A DNA stretch of 64,000 nucleotides from Ophelia neglecta (Eukaryota). The DNA lies in contig OZ260662.1 of NCBI GenBank assembly GCA_965285935.1, forward strand, positions 93,868,001 to 93,932,000, in the 5' to 3' direction. The notes below the pieces were generated by a model. That model made no database searches, was not told the origin of the DNA, and worked only from the letters and a program-made list of their open reading frames with translations. Below are positions 1 through 12,699 of this stretch, in pieces (positions within the stretch are counted from its first letter, which is position 1; each line of letters opens with the position of its first letter). The position numbers and the translations under genes were made by a program.

Positions 1-589
1 TCCCATAAATGGCATTTTTTAAAGATCATCTCAGACGAAGTAATTATAACCCACCGGTTAACTGCAAGTACCAGAAATGAGAAAAAAGAACAGCGAAATA
101 CACGGTCTTGAAAACCAATATGCATCGGCAATGTTTATCACAGTGTGCACTCGACCTTCAGGTGATTAAATAGGTCAAGGACATTGTTAAGACATCACAA
201 GCAATAAATGCCATATTCGATAGCCTTGTTTCATTCCCATTCATGGTTCTACAGAGCGTGGTCATGAATCCGGAAGTAAATGGAAAATACTCCTCTTGTG
301 TTTACAAATGGTCAATTTCACAAGCGAAGGAAACTCAAGGGTGAAAACATCATTTTATCATAAGAATATTCATACCCGTCACATTATTGGTATATTAAAC
401 TCATAGGCCCAATAAGCATTAAATCCTTCCTTTTCGCATTATAGATCATGACTTATTTACACTTCATATGTTTTAGGCCTGTAGCATTGCCATGCGTGAT
501 TCTGCCTCCGTTTCGTTTATATGTCTGCCAGATGTAAGTACGCGCACTGCTTACATTTCAGCCCCAGCATTTACATTACGTTGCTGCTG

Positions 590-800
590 TGTATTATAGG
601 GACATTAACTGTGCAAGTACTGCTGATTAACAATGTAAATACGAATTTTAAGGTAGTTGGTTGTGTTGACAGCAACATATTTCAATGCAACACCCATTAA
701 TCGCTTCTCTTCATTCCCAGATTGTACAATCATTGTAGATTCTGTCTTGCATGAGAATGGGAAAGTTAATGTTTCTTCGGGGGACGAGAATGTAGCCTTT
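590..800 (-). mobile_element. Possible decayed RTE-like LINE endonuclease fragment
   Basis: The minus strand reads STMIVQSGNEEKRLMGVALK and, after a frameshift, VNVPIIH. This resembles the 'YSG.E....GVA' and 'NITIIQVYAP' segments of RTE APE domains. Weak and by eye. Confidence 0.3.
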
Positions 801-904
801 AATGACATCGTGATGTGGATTTTTCGAATCCTATTAATATGCCGACGTCTATAAGCACACCAGGAAACCCTAAGGTTTCACTGTGCCTGTTTTTTTTTGT
901 CAAA

Positions 905-1615
905 ATGCCACTAAAAAGCCAATATAATCTTGTTGTTGGACTCAATGGACCAGGGCAGGCTGGACGCCATTGTGGAGAAAGCCGTTCATAAAGAAGTGGT
1001 GCCCTTCCAGAATTAAATGGCCGAGCTAATAAACAATAACCTGAAACATCTTGCGGTACAAAAAACTATCACCAAACCTTCGGACCGAGTGTCTACATAA
1101 GAATCCAGCCTCCTTGAAGCAAAAAGAGCATTAAACGATCTCAAGGGATTGGTACGTAAAAGCAAAGTTAAAATATACAGCCTTAACATACCGAAGGATC
1201 AGAGCTGTACAGAGGCATTTCTCTATTTAATGGAGTCTTGGGCCACAACATCAAGGAATAGGACGTTGACATTGCTCACATACTGCCCTGGAGATATAAA
1301 GCCAGAAACAACGATGTCCCTCCAGCAATTATTTGAATTTTTACCCGAATGTTCAAAAAGAATGTGTTAATGAAGGATAGGGGAAAGAATCTCAATGATA
1401 TTAAACCCTAAATATTAATGTTTGAGGACATCACCAAAAAGAACCTTCTAATATTGAATGATTTCTGCAAGGACGTTCCCCTTAGGGTTATAGATGTTTC
1501 CTGATCAAGAAACGGGAAAGTCTTCATCAAGTCCAAGAAAGACCCGGATCGTCCAATTGTTGTTATATTGAACCATGCAAGCAGGTTCATGACTTCTATT
1601 ATTCCTACTACTTAG
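905..1615 (+). mobile_element. Degenerate ORF1 of a CR1/L2-clade LINE (coiled coil + RRM-like)
   Basis: Across stops and frameshifts it reads ALNDLKGLVRKSKVKIYSL (cf. NDLEQYSR..N.RI.G), DVDIAHILP, PPAII*IF, MFEDITKKN and VS*SRNGKVFIK (cf. W.RNGK.F.K). These motifs are in the order expected for invertebrate CR1-type ORF1. Confidence 0.75.
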
Positions 1616-1759
1616 CGTGAGGCAAGAAGCACAAAGGGACACACCAGCACTTAACTTTGAAATTATAGCCTACTTGATTTTCATTTACACACCGGCACCA
1701 CAAATCTTAGACTACATAACCTTTGAGTTATGATTTTGTTCTCATTGATATAGATTATA

Positions 1760-2760
1760 ATCAAGGTATAATGTTTATTGCTTTTGATTATATTAAACCA
1801 GGGTGAAATATTGTTTGTAATTTCTGCATGTATGGCGGTTTTATATAACCAGCAATATGTTAATCTAGCATAAAGTTGGCACCTACGCAGTTGCGAGAGA
1901 CTATTGTGGTACCGAACAGATATTTTGCATAAGTCTGTTGAAAAATCTGCCACTCTTATAGATAATATATTCAGTAATAACTTCTAAAATATACCAACAA
2001 ATTAGTTTCCTGTTTACTGACATTTCTGATCATTTCCCTATCTTTTGTATCGATACAATCAAGATTTTTTCTGATATAAAGTAATCTTCTGTCATGTGAG
2101 ACATTATAAATAGGTTTATATAGCCAAGTTTAACCAGATATTACAATTTACAAATTTTGTTTCTATTTTGGTAGAACAGGATTACCAGTCTGCATTTTCT
2201 TTGTTTCATAGCACGATGCTATGATGTTTCTTTGTCGTAGTTGATTGAGGGCCTCAAATTACTACATGGAAATGTCACATTACTGCACACGAAACAGAAA
2301 GAATAAAGATAACAACAGAAAGTAACAAAGCTAACTTCGGAAATAAGAGATGGGGGGGGGGGGGGGGTTGCCATAATACCGTTTTAGATAAAAAAGGAAA
2401 TCTTATTTAGAAAAGTCTTGGACTCTCAACATTTGAGTTATCAATAAAATTAAATCTTGAGATTTTACTGAAAAATATGATTTTAACGGTAAGACTATTA
2501 CGGTTCTAGTTTTGCTAGAAATATCTTAGACACATCTGAAAACCTTACTGATTATAAAAATGTAAATTATCCGTCTTCTATTTATTTGAATCCTGTAAAT
2601 TGTGTTAAGTGTTGTACAATTAATTTGGCACTTGAAGCGCATAATGGAATGGTATTATTCCCAGACTAGTCAAATTGTTATATCAGTGTATTCTTCAGCA
2701 CCTGGTACAGTTTTTCAATTTGTCACTTGCGCGGGATATTTTTCGGTGTGGGCTGCATCT
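1760..2760 (+). mobile_element. Degenerate ORF2 (APE endonuclease end + linker) of the same CR1-type LINE
   Basis: SATLIDNIFSNN at 1946 and TDISDHFPIFCI at 2016 are the canonical C-terminal APE motifs. PSSIYLNPV at ~2571 resembles the pre-RT linker. Many stops and indels. Confidence 0.75.
2352..2367. repeat. Poly-G tract (G16)
   Basis: Direct read. Similar G/C homopolymers occur at 10292-10303, 16585-16601, 45287-45296 and 54306-54318. Confidence 0.95.
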
Positions 2761-3812
2761 AATCATAAATATACCTGTATTTGGTAATGTTAATCGCCGA
2801 TGAGCGTGACGGCGAGAGGAAATGCATCTGTCCGGGTAACATCAATCCAATTGGCATTGATCGGAATGATTTGCCTTGTTAGTGGTTATATTTTACTTTC
2901 TTTACCGCCTGGTCAAACAGTTGCTCTATATTCGAAGGAAATTCCATTTCTATCATCAATACTCTTTCACAATCCATAAAGGTTAATTTTCTGGCATTAT
3001 TTACCGTTTCATGCGCCAACCTGAGAGCAGACAAGGGTAATTTCTCCAAGTTATGGGCCACTCACACAGCTAAATACATCGCCATGATGGTCACGTCTTC
3101 CCTTAACGATATTGTATGGGCACAATAACAATATGTACCAAATAATACCCTAATATATAAGACCCTCAATGGCGACTTGGCATCAGCCAATGTTTCGTTG
3201 GCAGCAATTTTATCATACACTATGTGCAAATTCCAAGGGAAAGCCCTTGAGCATTCTGATTTAGACAAGGATGTGAAAGGCTTGCAGCGAAGTTGTATTA
3301 TATCAACTCAATATACTGTGCCGTAAATGCACACAATGAATGCTTCATATGTATTCATGAAAGGCCAAAAGCGCCTGTACTTATGAACTTATAGTCGTCC
3401 ATCATGGTCGCACTATAAAGTCCTACTTCTGCTTTAGTAAGGTCATATTAAATTCAAGGCACTAGTTATCTCATATTTGTTGTTAGAAAAATAAAGTGAC
3501 TCCGCTCATAGTTATGTTTACAATAATGCTCATGTGCGGCTTAAAATCTGCCTTCAGGGTATAAGTGCACACATGACGGTGTCCTTTTCCTCCTTGCCTA
3601 TGTTCATTCCCATTCATGAGTAATCTCTAACTGCCCGGGGCCTTTGAGAATACGTAGAATATGTGTGTTGATTTAAATATACTTATTTAAACTTGCTCCC
3701 GCCAACAGCGGGAATCAAATAATGAGTGCCACTAGAAGGATCTGGGTGTTACCGCCAAGAATATTGATGGTGGATGACAATGTGTTTTTGCCCAACAGCT
3801 ACACACACTTCT

Positions 3813-3900
3813 TCTAGGGTGAGAGGAAACCGTGAGGTTAAGTTACTTGCCCAGTGATCTACACAGTGTCCCGGCCAGGAAACAATCACTGTCCTGATCG
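3813..3900 (-). mobile_element. tRNA-derived CORE-type SINE fragment
   Basis: ctagggtgagaggaaaccgtgaggttaagttacttgcccagtgatctacacagtgtcccggccagg resembles the reverse complement of the CORE/MIR-like domain as I recall it (gagagg..ctgtgag.gttaagt..cttgcccaag...acac...tgtccccggccagg). Confidence 0.6.
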
Positions 3901-6900
3901 TATCCTAATGAGCTATTTAATCATTGTGTCGCTGATCATTTAATTCGATATTAGTAAAAGGAACATTATATTAATATCCATTTTAATATTCAAGTTCATT
4001 TTAAGTGAGGGGATTGACATTAATATAAGGAATATATAACCATATAATATCATAACTGTGCACGGGATTGAGTAAGGATGAATTTAATAATAGCATTCAG
4101 CATGACTTATTTTTCCATAATATTTCTCCTCTCAAAGTGTGTCCGGAAATATTAATTTTGAATATAGAATATTCATTGTTTAGAGTTTCCCGTATTGTGA
4201 TAAGTTACCTTTTATAATAGCATGTACATTCGTAGTGTAATTGAGGAATAAATATATAGGTTCATAGCATCAATTTGTAGCTTTAATGCTTTAGTACACA
4301 CATCTTGAATCTTTACATATCTAAATAGGCGTGGGTGCTTAGTTGTGCTATAAATTGAACTCCACATATTTAGGCCTCCAAGAGACCTCAATGAGCTTAT
4401 GCCTAATGTGATATTCATTAACCTCCATGTTTATGGTATTGCCGTGCTGCAAAGGGTGTCTGTGAATCATTATTTTCGATCGTGTGACCGCCATATTATC
4501 TTCTAGGCTGTTCATGGATATTTCTATTTGGCAGTATAACTCATTATAACTGACAGTTTATAATGAAAGTACCAGACTACATTCAAGCAAAAAATGCGAC
4601 GTTACACAACCCATGACCAGAATATTGATTATTAGTCTGCCCACTATTCCCACCGACCTAGTTTCGAGCAATCCTGAACTTCTGCCCATGTAAGAGGCTT
4701 CACACTGTGTTCAACATTTGAAAGCGCCATGGTTAACGCAGCTTTATACGTCCCAATGCACAGTAATGACGCATTTTATCAATAAAAAAATATCGGGGAT
4801 TTATGCCTGGTTGACAATCAAAATCAGCAGTCAGTAATTATCTATTGAATCAGTCCGAAATGAATAGAAGCATCGATAAAAAAGATTAAATGATCGTCCA
4901 GGTCAGCTATTTTGTATAAGTGATTGAACAGTCGATTCAGTATTACCCTTACAGTGTCAGACTTAGCCTTGGACAGAAAGCGGGATACCCGGCAGACGAA
5001 GAAAGATCATTTAACAGGAATAGTCCATTTAATTGGTCTCAATCATCAGGAACCATCAGCCACATACATCAATCTTCAGCCCTTCTATTAACACGTATAA
5101 CCACATCACCTGCTAACAGAATGATTATTCATGGCCCCGATGAGCGGTGGCAGAGTATAAAGCATATTAAATATTTAGCCTCTTTTGACGCTAAACTATA
5201 CGGACAACGCTCCGTATAAAGATGATAAATTGAGATTATATTATATCGGAGAAGCCTCAAGTCCATGAGCTGAACATATTGTACACCTTTTCCGTCCACT
5301 GCCCATGTAGGTATATCTTCCCCACCGTTATCAGGGCCTTCCATAACACCCATCCCTCATCTTACTTGACTTCGGATTACGCCCTAAAGCAGTGGACTCC
5401 ACTAGCCTCGTGATAGTGACATATTTTAGAGAGTTGCCAGTACCAACACTAATGAGCTTACAACTGTCTGGATCTTGTCGATGTACGCACAAAGTTGTGA
5501 AATAATACGCGGTTAAATGTTATTTCTGTATTTAGAGTTTGTTTATTATTTTGGTGTCGATGGACCTCTGGCTGATTGGTCCTGATGTTTTCCGAACGTT
5601 TTTGCTTCGTCCGTCGGGTATTGACTCCCAGTCATTCACTTTCTTAATTATATGAAATAAACGTTGTGTCACCTGTATCGAAGTTATCCGTTGAAATGTC
5701 TACAGTATATGTGCATATTTTTTAACTTTATTGTCGTGTTCAGTGTATCTATAATATTCATTTTCTTTTTCAATCTGTTCTATAGTCGAAAAAAAAGGTC
5801 GACAAATAACCATGATCATCTATATCAGGGGTTACACTCCTAGAAAGAGATATTCGGTGGCATGAAATGTATTGTTTCAAAGTCGATTTTTCACTTGGCA
5901 GGACACCTAATAATATGTGATTTTGTTTTGTATCGCTATTGCAGAGCAAACAAGGGAAGTACCTCGTGGTGCTGACTGACTTACTCGTTGGTAATGATTG
6001 ACATAAAAAAATATTGCACATTCTTTCCTGGTCCTCTTGTTCATCCTTGCTTGTTAATTGAGACAATTTCAACTTAAGTCTTTATATTTGAGATAGCATC
6101 ATGGACTCTCCTAGGGCATATTCCATCACTCTTCTAGGGTGACTACTGACTTTTTTGTTTGTTTTTGTCGTGACTTCCATTATCGAAAGCGGTTGACTGT
6201 TCAAGCCGGAGCAAGTCTGTTCTCAGCTGGATATTTCTAAATGTGCGCAACTGTCCCGTGGCGATTGTGTCAGCCACTTCAACCGGAGTAATCATCAATT
6301 ATTACAGCTGTCTGAGTAAGGGAAGCACCGTAAGATAACTGGGGTCGGGTTGGCTTAAAAATCGTTTGCAGCCATATACGGAGAAATGCATTGGAAAAAA
6401 GCAAAAATGGTAAAATCGACTTCAAGGAAATTATTCCTCCTCCCCTCCCCCTCGCCGCCCTGAGTTATCTAACGATTCGTCTCAAAATATCAATAATAGT
6501 ATAAAAGCATGAATATGTGGATATATTAGTGAAAATGGGTTCTCTTTACAACAAAAGTAACAAAGCGGTGCAGAACAAAAGTGACCTTGGCATGGAATAA
6601 GCCATATTGCCTGATATTCGTATCTTGCTGACCCGGCTGATAATCATTGGTGATCCCTAGAACCTTGAACGGTTTCGGAATAAGTAGAGTCATTTTTAAA
6701 ATGAAGCAGTTTTGAATTTCTTTTTGACTTGGTCATATAAGCGCTCTAAATGTTTTCAAGGACGTTCACAGAGAGCACTAGATGATGGTTCCAGAGAAAC
6801 AAGCCGTCAGGCCACTATTGGCAATTATTGTACTTGTTGCCGCATAACTGCTTTCCGCGCCTGTCATGTTTACAGCAAGTGAGTTTGTTTGCCAAAGTCT

Positions 6901-9900
6901 GGTAAATCCACATCTGACGAGCATCCTGCTTCAACATATGCAAACAGCGGATGTGCAAACTGCACTGAATGCCAGTGTGAAATATTCTTTGTACTAAGGT
7001 AAGTTTATTTTAAAAAATGAGAATGCAGACGATCCGAATGCCTTCCGACAGTCCAATAACTCCACATGAGCAGGTTTCCGTCTATCCCCAATTAACCACT
7101 TGCATCCCTCAGGAGTATGTTGGAATTCACAATGTAACATTCCTTACCACCCAAACCTTGCAGGGGTTGGTTAATATGATATTGTGTAAACATAAAAGGG
7201 CGCGTAAACGTCTCTTACATATAAAAGTTCTACCAGAGGGGTCCTTATAAGTTATATCGCACCCAATATCTTTTTCAAAACAGGAGTATAAACTTGGCAG
7301 ATAATGCAAAATAATAAATCAGGAATAGTCCGTAAAATCTGCCAGAAATCATCTAGAACCACTGCTGCTGGCTTAAATCAGCCTATAATTTTAAAAATTG
7401 AAACTGATATTACAATTTTTTCTTTTAAAGCACAACTGTTGTTGATCAATATCTAAAATCAATTGCCATTAAAATAGGGGTTGGAGTAGCAGATTTAAGT
7501 GCGCACACTGCAAATCTATTTATATACTGTCAGACGCTCGTCGTTCCGTAGTCTGAGCACTTTATTTGAACAATGATTTGTTAAGCATGCTTTTTCTTGA
7601 ACACGTTCTTTCCCCAGTAACGTTATAGTTTCGGTGAAAAACACATTTGAAGAAAAATGTCTATTGTACAGTGTAAGAAACATCTCTACATCCACATGGG
7701 CTATACTCACAATTATACGAATGCATTTAATTCATATCATTAAAGTTTGCAGTTAGTCGAGCTTGTACATCTAAGTAGCGGATAGTTGTTAAGATTGGTC
7801 TCTCGAAGCCTACAATGACAGACAAAATTTGGAATGAATACCCGGCAGACAATTTAAAGCAATATCCAGTGATCAGTAATGATATGTTATCGGCCTGCTT
7901 GGACAAGGAACCATCAGATGCACGCCCACAAATAACATTTACAGCTGACTGATCAATTTTTAATTAGACCTGCACGTTATGATTCATCTCATAGATTCTA
8001 TTATGTGAAGAAAATGTTTAAAATGAAAATGAAACCTATTTTACAGTTCTCTTTTCGAGTTCTAAAAAAGTAAGATTTATTTTGTCTGTCGAATAATACA
8101 TAAAAATCCATCGATTCGAATGGCAGATTTGCTCCTATGGCTTAGCGTTAACTTCTGATTCTTTGTTTTATCCTACAGCTGCTATTCTCATAATCATATA
8201 TAATTCCAATGTCTGTATTGTGGATTGATGAACACGAATAAAACACTTTTTATTTGATAGCTTAGGCACAGTTTTTTTTACTGTGAAACCATGTCTTTAT
8301 TCGGAGACAGTTGGTTACTATTAGAGAGCCAGTATTGATAATAAAACAATACCCGCAGCCTATTGTTACTGGGTAAGCCTATAAAGAGGACCCATGTCTG
8401 ATAAATGCAGGTCGTATGCTTATTCTAGCTGCCACTCCAGGAAATCCGTTCCCACTGTAGAGGAATTTTATAGCGACTGTACAAAAATAAAAAAGGGCAG
8501 GGGGCCTTAAAAGGCGGACCTTACATGAAAATACATTTTTTTCAGAAGGTTTTATCGTAATCAGCGTCATTATACTTTTCTGTACGATCCTGGTAATGTC
8601 TGACCGATTTTAGATCTATTTCGAATAAATAATTTTGCTTTATTTGCTTGTTATCCACTCACTTTTTTTTAACATTTTTCAGCACAGTGTTTGCTTTTGG
8701 AAGCCTTTTCATGTCTTGCATAGTAGGGAAGAAGAATGAAGTTAATACTATCTATTTGCATAACTAGTTGTCACTCATATAGTAGAATTATTGATAAATA
8801 GTCAGGAAAGAGGCGAGGTCATCATTAAATAAGTCTATACCTACTTTACTACTGACACATTGGAGTAAGGTACTGTCAAACAAAAAGGTCAGCGGGTCTC
8901 AAGAGAAATCACACCAAAATATCTCTTGGTAATAATACAAACATCAGTTTGTAATGTCACGATGTTTGCAACGACAGTTGTCTTTGAAATATGTACATAA
9001 AAAGCTGACCATGGGGAAACCGGCCTCTGTCGGTATAGTTATCAAAACCTCTTATAGAAAATTATTCAAAGGTGGTCAATACACACTGAATATTCCTGGG
9101 TCTTTCTGTTTCTTCCACAGGGACGAATGACCGTGCCATTTAATCAACAGGCAAGACAGACTCTTACAATCCTTGATTGGTACAATGCGGTATTAGATAC
9201 GCAGAGGAATTTTAGGTATAAATGGTGACAGGATATGCTAACAACCATTCTGAAACATTTGATCCTCAGTCCTAACCCATATCCCAAACCAAATTCAGAT
9301 ATCAACGTTTAAATACATTCTCTCGCATTTGTGCTTCGTATCTAGAATTTGTTTTATGGCAATAGTATGTACTCGTGCATGAGTACACTCGTATAGTTGT
9401 TTTCTGATGTCGCCTAGAAAGCCGGACACGCAAACTCAGTTTCACGGGATTGGTTTATCATTTGAATCCGGAGTCGTAAGGAAAGAAGTATCACCCCAAT
9501 GAAGAAGTTATGTGTATATAAGGGGATTTATGCATTTCGTTCGAACAGTTCGAAAAGTGCAATGCGCATAGTTGCTCTTCCCATAAATTAGCCATTTATG
9601 GCGGAAAAGCCATGTAACGAAGGAATATGCAATCCTTTCAAAAACAACATTTATTACATAGTAATTACAAATAATGCAAGGTCACAAATTCAAACTCCGA
9701 CCTGCAGTACAAACTATCTGCAATGTTTGCATTTTGGCCCTGTAGCATAAATGACTTTCTGAAGAAGTGTTATCCAAATAAATCAGATGCGACCCTAAAA
9801 CTTCCAGTCGGTCGACTCGATCTAGGCTAATTCGAGACCATGCCCCTAGTGCCTAGTAGGAAGAGGGTTTACAGGATAATTTTGTTTAAAAATTACGACC

Positions 9901-11986
9901 TCTCCAGTAAAATGGTGACGAAGGAAAGTATCCCACTAGGGCAACATTTCCAATTTAAAAGCTCTGCTCTTGGAACATTGACGTGGCCTACTTTTTAAAA
10001 GCATCTCGCAACTCTCACGTAAACATATTGATGATGTTTTCAGAAAAGCAAGGCCGTGCACGTGTTACGTCTCTCTTGCAATCCTGTGAATCAATCAGAA
10101 CCAAATAAAAAAATATTTGTTTATTTCATGGATAGAAAATGACCGTTTCTTCTCATTCTCGTTCTCATTCCTGCATCCCCCGGACCCCCTAGCATAAGAG
10201 TGTTCCTTGTGCACACACCCAGACACGGCGGCGCTGGTGGTAGTTGTAGTAGTGGGACATAAAATCCCAACCCCCAAACGTGTGTTTGGGCGGGGGGGGG
10301 GGGTCTTAAGAGCCCAAGCTCCTTCATAACCAAAGCCCTAGCCCATTCTATGTGATAATTAATGAATTTCCACATCCTCCTCCTACCCCACCCCCTTCGT
10401 CCTTCTTTCAGTGTCAGTGCAGTGAACTCCAGTCTGCGTATGTTTCTATGTTGGTTCTCCGTCTTTTTAGAAAGCATCATAATCAAAATCAATAGGAAAT
10501 GCAAAGCCTTTGCTGCTCAACAGTGTTGCACTATCCAGCAGAAATCAAGGGCGTTTAGCAAGCGCCAGCAGGTAGTGCCATTTTCTCAAAGCAAATTTCA
10601 ACAAAAGTAAAACAAAAGTACACTATACGCATTATAGTCAAAAATTATAATATTTGTGAGAATTGCTCAGCTGCAATGCCAGTAACAGCTTCACACCGTC
10701 CTTATCGTAGAAATGTAATGAAATATAAATTTTATGCTGTAATATTCAAGTATGTACAGTGATATCTTTTAATGTGGTACCCGGATCATTTTATCAACCC
10801 TGTATTCTTCCCAAGTATCGAGAAGAAGTCACATGAGTGTCTCAATCATTGCATGCCTCGCCGACCTGATATAGGCATACACTACTATCTATCACTTTGA
10901 TATATATGTGACACGTGGCTCAAGTTGATCAAAGGTTCTGAAGTCATGTCGACCGCTAATTGTATCTGATTAAATGATGGGCAAGGCGACTGGATATCGC
11001 GGTTTGTTACAATATTCGCGTTTACTGCAAACATAATAAGAGCATGGATGTTGATAAGCGGTTATGTCGGTGAACTCTTTTCCAGGCGCATGTGTATGTG
11101 TTACTAGTCTTGGAAATATGTTATTTTTCTTCTGACTCCTATTGAAGTGTTTGAAAGCAGCTATTGCCGGATTAAACAACGTTTTTCTTGTTTATTCCAC
11201 CAAAGCGTCAAATATTGAACCCTGTGTCGCCAGTCAAAATGCATTTTATTCTCATATACGTGACTTTTTATAACAATATCACATTGTTCTGCACTGGACT
11301 AATCCAGTTTACTAGGCAAATATATCATAAGATGAAAAACCCACTCACTAAGAATTTCTAGAAATGACAGGACTGGGTCGGACATGTTTCACACACTTCT
11401 ATAGTACAGTTGATACGCTTGTCTACCTACAGCAGTGGTGGACTGCTGATATTCTATACCTTTATCTGTACTATCATACGTATTGGTTGGTTCACCTCCT
11501 CAGCCGCCTAACTAAGATAAACATCGCTCTCAGGGGTTTGTTTTCACAGGACTTCCGAAGTCATTAGCTGAATCTGAGATCCGAGAAGGAAAATCAGTGA
11601 ACTGTTCAACACTAACTGGATTTCCTATGACCTTATGGAAGTTAAGAAAACAGAAGGCGCAGTGATGACCAATCTGGATTTGTTGGCCGGCATCTTACCG
11701 TTTCCACTTTCAGGGGAAAGCTGATGCCTCATGACCTATAATTGTAATAGGCTCCGAGTAATTATAAAAACACAAATGCTTCGATAACTATTGGTCAATA
11801 ATAACTTAAATCGTTATATAAATTCACATGAATAGACACATGCGTACCAATAAGCATAGTTAGTGCCGACGTGTCAAAATCACCTTCTGTGTGTATTACC
11901 CGTCGGTGGGGGATAAAGTAAGGTAACTGGTGGTCTGTTGCAATGTAGCATTCAGTTATTGACAGGGATCATCCCAATGTCATGAT

Positions 11987-12011
11987 ACACACACACACAC
12001 ACACACACACA
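11987..12011. repeat. (CA)n microsatellite
   Basis: Direct read, ~12 units. Confidence 0.95.
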
Positions 12012-12665
12012 TGTCTATAGTGGCATGTAGAAAGCTGAGAACCATGATTACAGCAAAAACTAGACCACAGTCGGACAATATATTCAACTTCGACCCTCGG
12101 AGCAAATACGTAGCATTTTGTTGAAGATATTATTAATAATCATGTGAACATATACTTTAAGCTCTCATTATGACCTGACATGTATTCAACGCATACGATA
12201 CGACTCATCACAATGAGTGATGATATTTGTGGCTATCACGTGGACATGCATGTTTGTGGCATGCTAGTAACTGTGCATGCACACGTGCAAGCTATAGCCA
12301 CTATAATGAACTTGGTACATACGAATGTGATCTTAAGGGCAAGAATCATATTTACTCTCACTTGAACTTCAAACTTTATATACTAATATGAAAGACAATA
12401 CATATCTATCAAATAATTACACCAAAGATATATATTAGGCAAGCTGGTGTATTCATCCCCGTCATAAACATTAAACAAGTGTATTCAAAATGGAGTCTTT
12501 TACGATACTTGTACTTGTGTTTATTTTGGTATTACTCATTGTTCTACTCTTCAGGCGTTGATTAGCTGTACATGTCGGTTAATAAGGTGTTCTATTTGGT
12601 GTTAGGATTACATAAAGGTCAATCTGCATTTAATAAGGTAAATGTCACATTGTTATTGTTTTCCA

Positions 12666-12699
12666 ATATATGTATATATATATAGATATATATATATAT
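12666..12699. repeat. Imperfect (TA)n microsatellite
   Basis: Direct read. Confidence 0.9.

Noticed and set aside
10095-10610. Overlapping 60-127 aa ORFs
   Set aside because: They are driven by low-complexity and poly-G sequence, with no domain motifs.
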